This document shows positions 51,501 through 60,309 of a DNA stretch of 64,000 nucleotides, piece after piece; the first letter of the stretch is position 1; every line of letters begins with the position of its first letter. The stretch lies in the NCBI GenBank assembly GCA_964473465.1, contig CAYYPE010000002.1, positions 48,487-112,486 of the forward strand, written 5' to 3'. A program made the position numbers and the translations under genes. The notes beneath the pieces were generated by a model, which made no database searches, was not told the DNA's origin, and saw only the letters and a program-made list of their open reading frames with translations. Source of the stretch: an uncultured Hyphomicrobiales bacterium. GTDB taxonomy: Bacteria; Bacteroidota; Ignavibacteria; Kapaibacteriales; UBA2268.

Positions 51501-54181
51501 AAATCAGTAATGTTACTGCCTCTAATATGGCAACCGGTATTAGAATCAGACAAGACAGAAACGTATTTCCTAAACCAGCCGGTGGTCAAGCTTACTTCCC
51601 GGATGTTGAGGAAGGTTTCCTTATCACAAATAATGCTATCTGGGGAATAAGTGTAACAAATACAACTGCCAGCAGAGCAGGTATCCATCTGTTTACACAA
51701 AGACAACCAAATTCAAACTGGATTACAGAGCTTGTTACACCTTTCTATGCAGATTACTATTCAAGAAATGACAAAGTTATCAATAACACTATCATTATGG
51801 GTGGTGATGGCGGCTTGATGAATACCGGTGCTGTTGTTGGTGTCGGTCTCCAACAGGTAAAAGGTGCCCAGTTCCTTAACAATGCTGTAGCATTGCTTGA
51901 TAATGATGTTGATCAGACAAGTCCTGCTTATGCAGCCCTCTTCTTACAGGGTCAGTTGCCAAATGATGGCAGCTTAATGTCAGACAGAAACGTATACTGG
52001 GCAACACAAAACTCAGGTGGTGGTGTTGCAAGATTCATCGAATTAGATAAAAATGGTGCTATCGTTGACTTAGGAACAAAAGATGACCTACTCACTTTAG
52101 CTCAGTGGAGAAACTGGACAAAACAAGATATTAATTCAGTATTTGGTAACTTTACTCAGGATCTCACCTATATTGGTACAGAACCTAATCAAAAACTAAG
52201 AATTAATATGACACCACAAGCTCCTCTCGGTTCATTGCTTAATAATCGTGGAAACAGAATTTTACTGGTAACACACGATATAGACGGAAATGTTCGTGGT
52301 GGTGCTGGCCAGAGATATGATGTTGGTGCAAGTGAATTTGACGGCAGAATGTATATTCTCGATGTTGAACTTCTTGGTATAACTCAACCAACAGCATACA
52401 AAGCAAATACAGGTATCTTCTCCGATGCAGAATATGTGATGACAACTGCACCGGTTGAAGTTAAAGCACAGATAAGAAATAATGGTAACCTGCTGCAATC
52501 TGGTGTTAAGGTTACTGTTAGAGCTTACAGAGAATTACCAATGGGTGGCTATTCAACAACACCGGCATTCCCGCCAGTTGTAGTTGAAACAGAAATTCCT
52601 TCAATGGAATCAATCGAAGTTGCTTTCGGTTTAGCTGATGGAATTGGAACTGACTTTATTCCGCAAACTTATGCAGATTTAACCGGAACAATTCCTCCAT
52701 ACGTTGTTCCTGCTCAGTTCAGATCAATGACAGCTAATGTTACACCTAAGTACAAACTCGAAGTATCCTTGCAATCTGATGAATTCAATGCTAATAACAT
52801 TGTAACAAAAGTTGTAAGATTCTACATCCAGAAATCAACAATGAGATTAATTCTCTCTGCCGAAAACAGCATGATTAACATTGACGCAGGTTCAACACAG
52901 GATGTAAAAGCCGGTAGATTGAATGCAGATACAGTTATCAGAATATTCAACAATCTTGGCTGGTTTATCGATCCAGTTAACGGAAAATACGACTATGACG
53001 TATTCGACCGTATGGGATGGGAACCAAAAGCTGTAAACTATCCAATTTACAGAACTATGGTCTGGTCTGATGGAAATGACAAACCAACTACAAGATACGA
53101 GAGAATTGATATCAGAAGATTCCTTGACGAAGGAAATCAAATTGAGAAGAAGAATTTATTAATCGCCAGCCAGGAAATGGTCAGACAGCACAGCCAGAAC
53201 AATGCTAATAAGGACTTAGACTTTGTCAACAATGTCCTTAGAGCAAGCACTGTTGCACCCGAAAATCCATTAGGAGTTAATGGAGATAACAACAACAATG
53301 CAATTTCAGGCTGGACAATTGCCAGAGACCTTGTTATACCGATTATGTCAACAGGTTTCACCGGTGATGCTCCACCATATTCTGGATTAATGGCAGTTTA
53401 TAGCGAAGGCGAAGGACTTCCATTACCAGCTGGCTACTACATTAACCATACAGCAGCTCCAAAAGACAGTGTTGCAGGTGTTGCAACTACCACATTGACA
53501 AAGAATGTTGTTATTATGGGTTCTGATTGGAGACATTGGGGTAATCCAACACTTCTCTTCAGAGGTTTAATTGACTTTGTGGAGAAGAATGGCGGAACAA
53601 TCATTCCTGTCGAATTGCTTAGCTTTGATGCTCAACCTGCCGGTAACAGAGTTAATATTAACTGGGCAACTGCCAGTGAATATAACACCGACAGATTCGA
53701 AGTTGAAAGAGCAACAGCAAATGAAGCTGGTAAATCACAGTTCAGAAAAATTGCAGAAGAAAAAGCTGCCGGAACAAGCAGTGTTGTAAGAAATTACGGA
53801 CCTGTTGTTGACAGAGATGTTCAGTTAGGCAATACTTATGTTTACAGACTGAAGATGCTTGATGTTGATGGCAAGTATTCTTACAGCAATGAAGTTGAAG
53901 TCAGAATGGATGACGCAGGAGCAAACTGGTTAAGCAGTGCTTCACCAAATCCATCAAACTTCGAGGCTAAATTCTTTTACACTTTAGCTGAAGGTGCCAA
54001 TATTGATATTACTCTTTATGACATTAATGGTAAAGCCGTTATGAACCTCTACAATGGTTATGCAAATGCAGGAACTCACGAAGTGAAGTTCAACACTGCA
54101 TCACTTGCAAACGGTGCTTACAATTATGTCCTGAAGATCGGTAATCAAACTTATAGCAATCAAATTCAGATTGTCAAATAA
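48593..54181 (+). CDS. 1862-aa surface protein: GEVED + CARDB-like Ig + beta-helix + FN3-like + T9SS C-terminal domain
   Basis: AAGGAG SD, signal peptide, FIDWN...GESEDY, LSGTYTIG..F.TI..A, parallel beta-helix repeats, DVGASEF, PVELLSF, SPNP...NGAY. Confidence 0.85.
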   Translation: MKHSTQNPKLIPRLLALIAVALIGWISNSNLLAQPSGYCVPWPPQGSESQSYFYCWSYYNYFSKVQVIHTQTNQVVFTRTSGDEGCYINTGEVMNLKLGNAYKLVATVSTNYPYYYWYTRLFIDWNQNAIFANAGGLTEYYGSVYTYRYGSYSADVTFNFTVPCQATPGRTMLRLLTSIYYDQGANACRNGYWYNYPGYYDYNYDYGESEDYIVNLLPDLEDFFPANEAILYANEKYNGETRARTGTTTPLIDFKKPSVKLGSVQPSGSIMTYKIVGPLPSTEVVYEALDPATGSPNVNISNLQTVTFTRARGRYAVDDNGTFLATSGGEYRLGIAVSGAGCPGEAYSSFTVSWDNDLSVRDIVSPKSNAAPRYLKYLRGQTIKVSATFQNVGLNVVRQFEGRVRIWNQSGSLIYNQTYQYDAYNNPKDIPLSPGQKIDVDFPNFKTNEIGIYRMQVDCDLQDAIDQEDYNDHLPRPDANSYYFEIAYEIQLASNAMLKPKQGEVILGNRPIIPVGEFKNLGVGDASDVPAKLNVYKLPITSTSQPAYTSNIIVQDIPAGKYNTKVEYFEPMEIKETGDYMACLIINHIEDVVRGDDTLCIYFTVEGGLSGTYTIGTANSGSSRNFPTIDSAMNALYYRGLAGSVVFEFTDANYTVTSQRPDQPAWDFTTYIINSGYNPDTRTSNTITFKPSIQRSLTKGGVTITLQSANGKGIQFGQSLNPSNPYSLYNQYQSYGQFAKKYANSKGYITFDGGSQKSIKFKLQSYSSVHGAAIYLGRGSTNISIKNCIIENATPSIKCNTWLPMTLYNQVSGFRTQADTLQSGSQRFSYSAGVVNRNSLFGDEFNERERETAQLIRVDTIPNVNNVISGNEIYGFGYGVLSLGLGPLWMENDAVYRRWYNMNNEISNNRIYDICRAGIYLGYEENTTVSGNRIHTVTGTADAAGIIVGGDASGNYKGYNNVGIKLNANEISNVTASNMATGIRIRQDRNVFPKPAGGQAYFPDVEEGFLITNNAIWGISVTNTTASRAGIHLFTQRQPNSNWITELVTPFYADYYSRNDKVINNTIIMGGDGGLMNTGAVVGVGLQQVKGAQFLNNAVALLDNDVDQTSPAYAALFLQGQLPNDGSLMSDRNVYWATQNSGGGVARFIELDKNGAIVDLGTKDDLLTLAQWRNWTKQDINSVFGNFTQDLTYIGTEPNQKLRINMTPQAPLGSLLNNRGNRILLVTHDIDGNVRGGAGQRYDVGASEFDGRMYILDVELLGITQPTAYKANTGIFSDAEYVMTTAPVEVKAQIRNNGNLLQSGVKVTVRAYRELPMGGYSTTPAFPPVVVETEIPSMESIEVAFGLADGIGTDFIPQTYADLTGTIPPYVVPAQFRSMTANVTPKYKLEVSLQSDEFNANNIVTKVVRFYIQKSTMRLILSAENSMINIDAGSTQDVKAGRLNADTVIRIFNNLGWFIDPVNGKYDYDVFDRMGWEPKAVNYPIYRTMVWSDGNDKPTTRYERIDIRRFLDEGNQIEKKNLLIASQEMVRQHSQNNANKDLDFVNNVLRASTVAPENPLGVNGDNNNNAISGWTIARDLVIPIMSTGFTGDAPPYSGLMAVYSEGEGLPLPAGYYINHTAAPKDSVAGVATTTLTKNVVIMGSDWRHWGNPTLLFRGLIDFVEKNGGTIIPVELLSFDAQPAGNRVNINWATASEYNTDRFEVERATANEAGKSQFRKIAEEKAAGTSSVVRNYGPVVDRDVQLGNTYVYRLKMLDVDGKYSYSNEVEVRMDDAGANWLSSASPNPSNFEAKFFYTLAEGANIDITLYDINGKAVMNLYNGYANAGTHEVKFNTASLANGAYNYVLKIGNQTYSNQIQIVK

Positions 54182-54201
54182 GCTTTGATTAATCCAAAAT
54201 T

Positions 54202-54237
54202 AAAGGGGCTGTTCCAAAAGAACAGCCTCTTTTTTTT
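54202..54237. terminator. Bidirectional intrinsic terminator
   Basis: AAAGGGGCTGTTC / GAACAGCCTCTTT stem followed by a T run. Confidence 0.8.
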
Positions 54238-54306
54238 CATTAAATTACAAAAATTTTCTAAGAGCGATTTGAGTTTGTTGAGAATTGTAATTGATGTTTT
54301 GTAATA

Positions 54307-55182
54307 TTATTCCTGAACAAGAAGATTTAAAAACTCTTTTGATTTTTTGAATTCATTTTCGAGGTCGAAAGTGAATTTCTCAACGTCCAGATCAGCCAGA
54401 GCGGGATTTTTTTCACAAAGAACTTTCCACGAAATATCGTCACTGATTTTAATTTGTTCAAGTCCTTCGTTAATTTCAGCCCCCCACATTTCGCAGAGTA
54501 AATCAGCAACCCGAATTATAGAAACCAATTCCTGAGACTGATCTAACTGTTCAATTTTAGAATGATGTGAAACAATATAAGACATTTCAGCAGGCAATTT
54601 CCATAGATGAAAAATTTTCTCTCCTACTTCTAAATGGTCAACACCAAAAATTTTTACTTCTGCATCAACATCAATGTAGTTTTCTTCGGTGATTAATCGG
54701 AGAACATCCAGATAAAGATTTGTGTTATATTGAACCATGGCTAATTTACCAATATCGTGAAGCAATCCACCAATGAATTCATATTCTTTGTATTGTTTTT
54801 TTAGCTTCGAAGCCAGAACTTTAGCAATGACCCCTGTGCATGAGGAATGCCACCAGAATTTTTCCATAAAATCCAGAGCTTGTTTCTGAGTATTAATTAA
54901 AAATCTGGAAAATATCGAAACACCAATAACGATATTTGTCAACCTGTTAAGACCCAAAGTTAATATCGCCTGATGGATGCTACTTATCTGAGTTCTGATT
55001 GCGTAAATTGGAGAGTTGGCTACTCTTAGTAACTTCATTGTCAACGAAGCATCGGTTTCAATAACATGTGATATATCTCGAATATCAACATCATCATTTT
55101 CGAGCAACAGTAAAACCTTTGCTGCCACTGGAGGAAGCGTAGCAAATTCCTGAATTTCCATTATTTCACTAATAACTGACAT
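54307..55182 (-). CDS. Stand-alone HDOD domain protein
   Basis: TLPPVA, IETDASLT.KLLRVANSP, AIL.LG, GLLHDIGK, DH.EVG...W.LP. Confidence 0.9.
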   Translation of the reverse strand: MSVISEIMEIQEFATLPPVAAKVLLLLENDDVDIRDISHVIETDASLTMKLLRVANSPIYAIRTQISSIHQAILTLGLNRLTNIVIGVSIFSRFLINTQKQALDFMEKFWWHSSCTGVIAKVLASKLKKQYKEYEFIGGLLHDIGKLAMVQYNTNLYLDVLRLITEENYIDVDAEVKIFGVDHLEVGEKIFHLWKLPAEMSYIVSHHSKIEQLDQSQELVSIIRVADLLCEMWGAEINEGLEQIKISDDISWKVLCEKNPALADLDVEKFTFDLENEFKKSKEFLNLLVQE

Positions 55183-55254
55183 AACAACAAGCTTAAAGAT
55201 AATAATACTTAGTTAAAATATATTATCGGATATTTCTTATAAACTTGAAGTAAT

Positions 55255-56079
55255 TTATCTGACAGAATGAATTTTTATTGATTCAACTGTGGAGAGCGGA
55301 ACTACGAACTTCCCAAGATTTTCTTCGTCATATTCCCGATTGCCATGGAAATCCGAACCTCCTGTTTCCAAAAGCCAATATTGGGAAGCTATTGATTGAT
55401 AATATCTTTGAGTTTGTATATCGTGGGTCGGATGGATAATTTCGATTCCATCTAAACCCGATTTAATAAGCTTATACAAAGTATCGGGTTGGATCATTCT
55501 TGCAGGATGAGCCAGAACAGCCAATCCACCAGACTGATTGATTAACTTAATACCCCGCTCAATAGAAAAATTCGCCTTTGAAACATAAGCTGGTTTATCA
55601 TCACCAAGATAAAGCACAAATGCTTCTTTTAGGTTAGTGGTATAACCCATCTCTGTCATAGCCATGGCAATATGAGGACGAGTAATTGGAGCTTCGCCGG
55701 CTTTTTCAAGAACAAGAGAAAAGTTAACAGGTCTCTGTAGATTTTTCAGCTTTTTCAGAATTTGTTCAGCTCTTTTATATCTTCCATTTCGAAATTCTTG
55801 AAGATGAGTTTTCAGAATCTTATTGTCGGGGTCGATGTTATATCCTAATAGATGGATTTCCTTGCCGTTTTCTATACAGCTAAGTTCAATTCCCGGAATT
55901 AATTGCACATGATATCTGTCGAGATATTTTTCTGCTTGAATATATCCGTCAACCGAGTCGTGGTCTGTTATACTAATAGCTGATATACCAACATCTGTAA
56001 CTTTTTTCAGAAGTTGTTCAGGAGTGAAAACCCCATCAGAATATGTAGTATGGAGATGTAAATCTGCATAGCCATCCAT
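55255..56079 (-). CDS. PHP domain metal-dependent phosphoesterase (TrpH/YciV-like)
   Basis: DLHLHTTYSDG, ITDHD, GIE, HLLGY, RPH, LAHP, GGSDFHG. Confidence 0.92.
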   Translation of the reverse strand: MDGYADLHLHTTYSDGVFTPEQLLKKVTDVGISAISITDHDSVDGYIQAEKYLDRYHVQLIPGIELSCIENGKEIHLLGYNIDPDNKILKTHLQEFRNGRYKRAEQILKKLKNLQRPVNFSLVLEKAGEAPITRPHIAMAMTEMGYTTNLKEAFVLYLGDDKPAYVSKANFSIERGIKLINQSGGLAVLAHPARMIQPDTLYKLIKSGLDGIEIIHPTHDIQTQRYYQSIASQYWLLETGGSDFHGNREYDEENLGKFVVPLSTVESIKIHSVR

Positions 56080-56288
56080 TTTTTTTCCGTTATTTTTTTA
56101 TTCTTTTACATTGACGGGAATTATGAAAAAAAAGTGAATATTATTTTCAGATTTATTTTAAACTAAAAAACAGATTTGGAGGAATTCATTTCATTAAATC
56201 TTATAATTTATAATGATTTGAAATTATATAATTTCTTAATCTATTAAATCCAATAAAAACAAAATGAAAAAAATCATTAAAAATTGAT

Positions 56289-56296
56289 TATTTTTG
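56289..56296 (+). promoter_or_regulatory. Bacteroidota-type -7 element for the glgA-like operon
   Basis: TATTTTTG about 43 nt before ATG 56339. Confidence 0.4.
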
Positions 56297-56338
56297 TAAT
56301 TGTAAATATTCAATATCTAAAAATTTCCTGATAAAAAA

Positions 56339-57811
56339 ATGGCAAAAAGTTTAAGTATTTTGTTTGTAACAAGTGAAGTGTTTCCTTTTATCAGAGTTGG
56401 AGAGCTTGGCGATATTTCTCATTCATATACTCTTGCAATGCGTGAATTTGGTAACGATGTAAGGGTTATGTTCCCGAAATATGGCGTGATATCCGAGCGA
56501 AAAAACAGAATACACGAAATAAATAGATTAAGGGATATGCCAATTCCTGTTGGCGAGAAAGTTGAACTTGCTACCGTAAAATCAAGCTCTATTAATAACC
56601 CAAGAGCTAAAGTTCAGGCATATATTACCTGTAACTTTTGTTATTACGACCAGAGGAAAGCTGTCTATGATGACCCTAAAACTGGAAGCCCACTGAGTGA
56701 TAACGATGAACGTTTTATATTCTTTAGTAGAAGCGTGATTGAAACATGCTTGATTTTAGGATGGTTTCCTGATATAATACACTGTAATGACTGGCAAACA
56801 AGCTTAATTCCGGCATTTGCAAAAGTCCTGTTTCCCAATAAATTCAAGAAGACAAAATTTTTATTAAGTATTAATAATTTTCATGAACAGGGAGTATTTC
56901 CTGAAAATTCATTCGATAAAACATTACTATCAGCAGATGTCAAGAGCAAATTTATTCACAAGAATAAATTTAATTTTCTGAAGGGCGGAATTGAATACTC
57001 TGATTTTATTACTACCCATAGCCCTGCTTACCTTCAGGAAATATTGCAGAGCACGACATATAGTAACGGACTGAATAAAACTCTTTTGGAAAAAGAAGGA
57101 AAAACTCTTGGACTGAACATAGGCATAGACCAATGGGTATGGATGCCAAATCATGATAATGATATCAAACAAAAATTTGAAAGTGATTTCTTCAGTTACA
57201 AGGTTACCAATAAAAAAGATTTACTAAGCAAGTTTGGCCTTGAGTATGGAGATGAGCCACTGATTGGAATGATAAGTAATCTGACAGATAGCAGTGGAAT
57301 ATCAGTTTTTCTCGAAGCAGTGCCAAACCTTTTCGCTCAAGATATCAAGATTGTAATGTTAGCTGATGGGGAAAATGATTATAAAAATCAATTAAAAAAA
57401 GTAGCTAAAGATTATCCAACAAAATTTTCAATTAAATTTGGTCTGGAAAATTCCTTACTTCATCAAATTTTTGCTGGTTCTGACATTTTCCTTATTCCCT
57501 CAAAATACGAATCAAATGGTTGGAAAGCTTTGACCTCTCTATCTTACGGAACTGTCCCTGTTGCAAGGGCAACAGGTGCTAACCTTGAGTTCATTAAGGA
57601 TTATAAGACTGGTAACGACGGCGGCAACGGATTCCTTTTTAATGATTTCAAAGCTGATAGCCTGATTAAAGCCTTGGGTTTAGCATTGCAAAAATTTAAA
57701 ATCAGAACTGAATGGGAAGATTTGGCATTAAGAATAATGGAGACAGATACTTCTTGGAGTCCGTCATTGAAAAAATATGATGAAATTTATAGAACAATTC
57801 TAAAAGATTGA
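56339..57811 (+). CDS. Glycogen/starch synthase homolog (GT5) with degenerate catalytic motifs
   Basis: SEVFPF, DVRVMFPKY, DNDERF.FF, HCNDWQT, NFLKGGI, PSKYE; KTGG replaced by RVGE. Confidence 0.8.
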   Translation: MAKSLSILFVTSEVFPFIRVGELGDISHSYTLAMREFGNDVRVMFPKYGVISERKNRIHEINRLRDMPIPVGEKVELATVKSSSINNPRAKVQAYITCNFCYYDQRKAVYDDPKTGSPLSDNDERFIFFSRSVIETCLILGWFPDIIHCNDWQTSLIPAFAKVLFPNKFKKTKFLLSINNFHEQGVFPENSFDKTLLSADVKSKFIHKNKFNFLKGGIEYSDFITTHSPAYLQEILQSTTYSNGLNKTLLEKEGKTLGLNIGIDQWVWMPNHDNDIKQKFESDFFSYKVTNKKDLLSKFGLEYGDEPLIGMISNLTDSSGISVFLEAVPNLFAQDIKIVMLADGENDYKNQLKKVAKDYPTKFSIKFGLENSLLHQIFAGSDIFLIPSKYESNGWKALTSLSYGTVPVARATGANLEFIKDYKTGNDGGNGFLFNDFKADSLIKALGLALQKFKIRTEWEDLALRIMETDTSWSPSLKKYDEIYRTILKD

Positions 57812-57862
57812 TAAATCTAAACCGTTTTACTGACTACATAAGTATGATTATTAATTATTTGA

Positions 57863-59077
57863 ATGTTAAAAAGAATTAAAATTTCAGGTTTTTTCTGCGT
57901 TTTCTCAATTTCACTATTTTTGTTATTTTCCTGCAACGAAAAACCAACTGATTTAGGATTTTCTTTACTTTACGACACAATAACAGTTGTAGGAACATCA
58001 AATTCTGAATACCCGTTTATTACAGGTGCAGAATCATTTTTGAACCGTGAATCTCTTTTTAATATAGGAGCTATTTTTATCGGGAAGTCTGATAGCATTA
58101 AAGCTATTAGTTTTCTGAGGTTTTCGAGGCTGCCTGATTCGTTAAAAAACTACAAAATTGATTCTGTTTCATTGAAACTTTTCCCGCTAAGATATGCTTA
58201 TGGCGATACAAATAATGGTAACTTTTCTTTTCGCATTCAACCTGTAATAAAATATTGGTCAAACAAAACTAATTGGGATTCAATATTTGATGCAAGCGGG
58301 AATACTGATTTCTTTGATGCTAAAGTATTAGGATCTTTCAATCAGAGATTAAAACTGCAGGATACAATGCCAGATATTATAATACCTCTGGATGTATCAC
58401 TGGTAGATGACTGGCTTAAATTCCAGCCCGATTCTGTTGATCCTTGGGGTTTAGCTTTAATCCCCGAAGAAAATTCAAGCATAATTAATTTATTTTCGAG
58501 CCAGATGGTTACAGAAACAAGGCTCAGACCTGTTCTGAGAATTTATTTCCTAAATCAGGCAGGAAAACGAGATTCAGTTATGTCGCTATCAAACATAGAA
58601 TCCTCTTATATAGACAGTGATAAACCTGAATCAAACTCCATTACTTTTCAGGGCGGAATAATTTATCGTCCAAAGTTAAAATTCGATTTTAGCCAGATAC
58701 CAAAAAACTCATCTGTTCACAAGGCAGAATTGGAATTATGGCTCAATCGGAGTAAGTCAAGATTTGGCAATGCTTATATTGATTCAATCCTATTTGCTGC
58801 TGATTATCGGGATAGAGCAATTGATTCTGTTCCATATCGTTCAATTTATGGTTTTAGATACCAGAATTCAAATAAGTATTTATTCCCAGCCTTAGCCCAA
58901 TTGATAGAAGCTTGGGTTCGGGCAAACGGCACGGGAGAAATTGTTTTGTCTCTTGACGGGTTGAATTCCTATCGCAAGCTCGACAGATATACTTTTTACA
59001 ACATAAATGACAATGACACAAACCTTGTGCCTAAACTAAGGATAATTTATTCGATAAGACCTCAATTGAAGAAATAA
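57863..59077 (+). CDS. DUF4270-like lipoprotein
   Basis: Lipobox LFSC followed by NEKPTDLG; IDSV.L.L and C-terminal PKLRIIYS; follows a glgA-like gene. Confidence 0.6.
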   Translation: MLKRIKISGFFCVFSISLFLLFSCNEKPTDLGFSLLYDTITVVGTSNSEYPFITGAESFLNRESLFNIGAIFIGKSDSIKAISFLRFSRLPDSLKNYKIDSVSLKLFPLRYAYGDTNNGNFSFRIQPVIKYWSNKTNWDSIFDASGNTDFFDAKVLGSFNQRLKLQDTMPDIIIPLDVSLVDDWLKFQPDSVDPWGLALIPEENSSIINLFSSQMVTETRLRPVLRIYFLNQAGKRDSVMSLSNIESSYIDSDKPESNSITFQGGIIYRPKLKFDFSQIPKNSSVHKAELELWLNRSKSRFGNAYIDSILFAADYRDRAIDSVPYRSIYGFRYQNSNKYLFPALAQLIEAWVRANGTGEIVLSLDGLNSYRKLDRYTFYNINDNDTNLVPKLRIIYSIRPQLKK

Positions 59078-59080
59078 ATA

Positions 59081-60304
59081 ATGAAAACATTGATTTATAT
59101 ATTGTTATTTGGGATAATCCTGTTTAACTACGCATTTTCACAGGGTGGGTCGAATTATTCAATATTCGGAATCGGCGATCAGATAAAAACCATTGGAGCC
59201 TCATACGACGGAATAGCCGGCACCTCAATAGCAATACCATCTGATTATTCAATAAATTCAAATAACCCTGCACTTTGGAGCTATGTTACTCATACAAGAT
59301 TGAGTGCTGGATATAGATTTAACCAGAATTATATCACAAACAAAGACTTTTCACTTTATCAAAATAATGGGAAAATTGACGGCATAAAAATACTCTTTTC
59401 AATTGATACTTCTCTTGGAATTGCAGCAACATTTGGAGTTGTTCCTTATAGCTCGGTTAATTACTTGATATCAACCCCTGTTTTTAAAAATATTGAGGGT
59501 TTGGAACTGACTGGTCAGAACTATTATAGTGGTAGTGGTGGGCTTTCGCAAGCTTTTCTTGGAGCTTCAATCAAATTGACAGATTATGCATCAATAGGAA
59601 TAATGGGATTAGCCGCTTTTGGAAAGATTTCCAATTCAATAAGAACAATATTTTATGATTATTATGGATATTCCTCCGAAACTTTATTCGAAGATTATTT
59701 TTCCGGAATAGGTTATAAAGCAGGAATTTACATAAACCCGATTAAAAATGCCGGAATTGGTATCTTCTATGAGTCCAACCCTGAACTTGATTATCAGCGA
59801 AAAATGACATATTATTCACAGCTTGTAACAGATTCATCGAGCAGCTTAAACCTAAGATCAAAAATACCTTCACGTTTTGGATTAGGTCTATCATATACTC
59901 TTGGCAAAGTAATGCTTGGATTTGACTATATTCAGCAGGATTTCACCAATTTTGATTACAAGGGCGGTCCACTTGTTAAATTCAAGAACTATTCCTCAAT
60001 TTCATTTGGATTAAAGAGGTTAGGCAATAAATCACTTTCGGCAGAATTAGCCGATAGAATAACATACAACCTTGGCTTTGGCTATAATCAATTATATTAT
60101 AATATTTCTTCTACTGATATCAATGAAATTTACGGTTCATTTGGTTTTGAAATACCCATAGTTGGAACGGCAATCTTGAACGCTGCAATAACTCTTGGAA
60201 GCCGTGGAACAAACGATAATGGACTTTTGAAAGAAATGTTCGGACGTTTGAATATTGATATAAGTATTGGAGAAATATGGTTCAAACCATATAGAAGGGA
60301 TTAA
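59081..60304 (+). CDS. Outer membrane beta-barrel (FadL/PorV-like superfamily)
   Basis: Signal peptide, GSNYSIFGIG, NSNNPA, G.VPYSSVNY, GSGGLSQ.F.G and C-terminal E.WF. Confidence 0.7.
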   Translation: MKTLIYILLFGIILFNYAFSQGGSNYSIFGIGDQIKTIGASYDGIAGTSIAIPSDYSINSNNPALWSYVTHTRLSAGYRFNQNYITNKDFSLYQNNGKIDGIKILFSIDTSLGIAATFGVVPYSSVNYLISTPVFKNIEGLELTGQNYYSGSGGLSQAFLGASIKLTDYASIGIMGLAAFGKISNSIRTIFYDYYGYSSETLFEDYFSGIGYKAGIYINPIKNAGIGIFYESNPELDYQRKMTYYSQLVTDSSSSLNLRSKIPSRFGLGLSYTLGKVMLGFDYIQQDFTNFDYKGGPLVKFKNYSSISFGLKRLGNKSLSAELADRITYNLGFGYNQLYYNISSTDINEIYGSFGFEIPIVGTAILNAAITLGSRGTNDNGLLKEMFGRLNIDISIGEIWFKPYRRD

Positions 60305-60309
60305 AAAAG

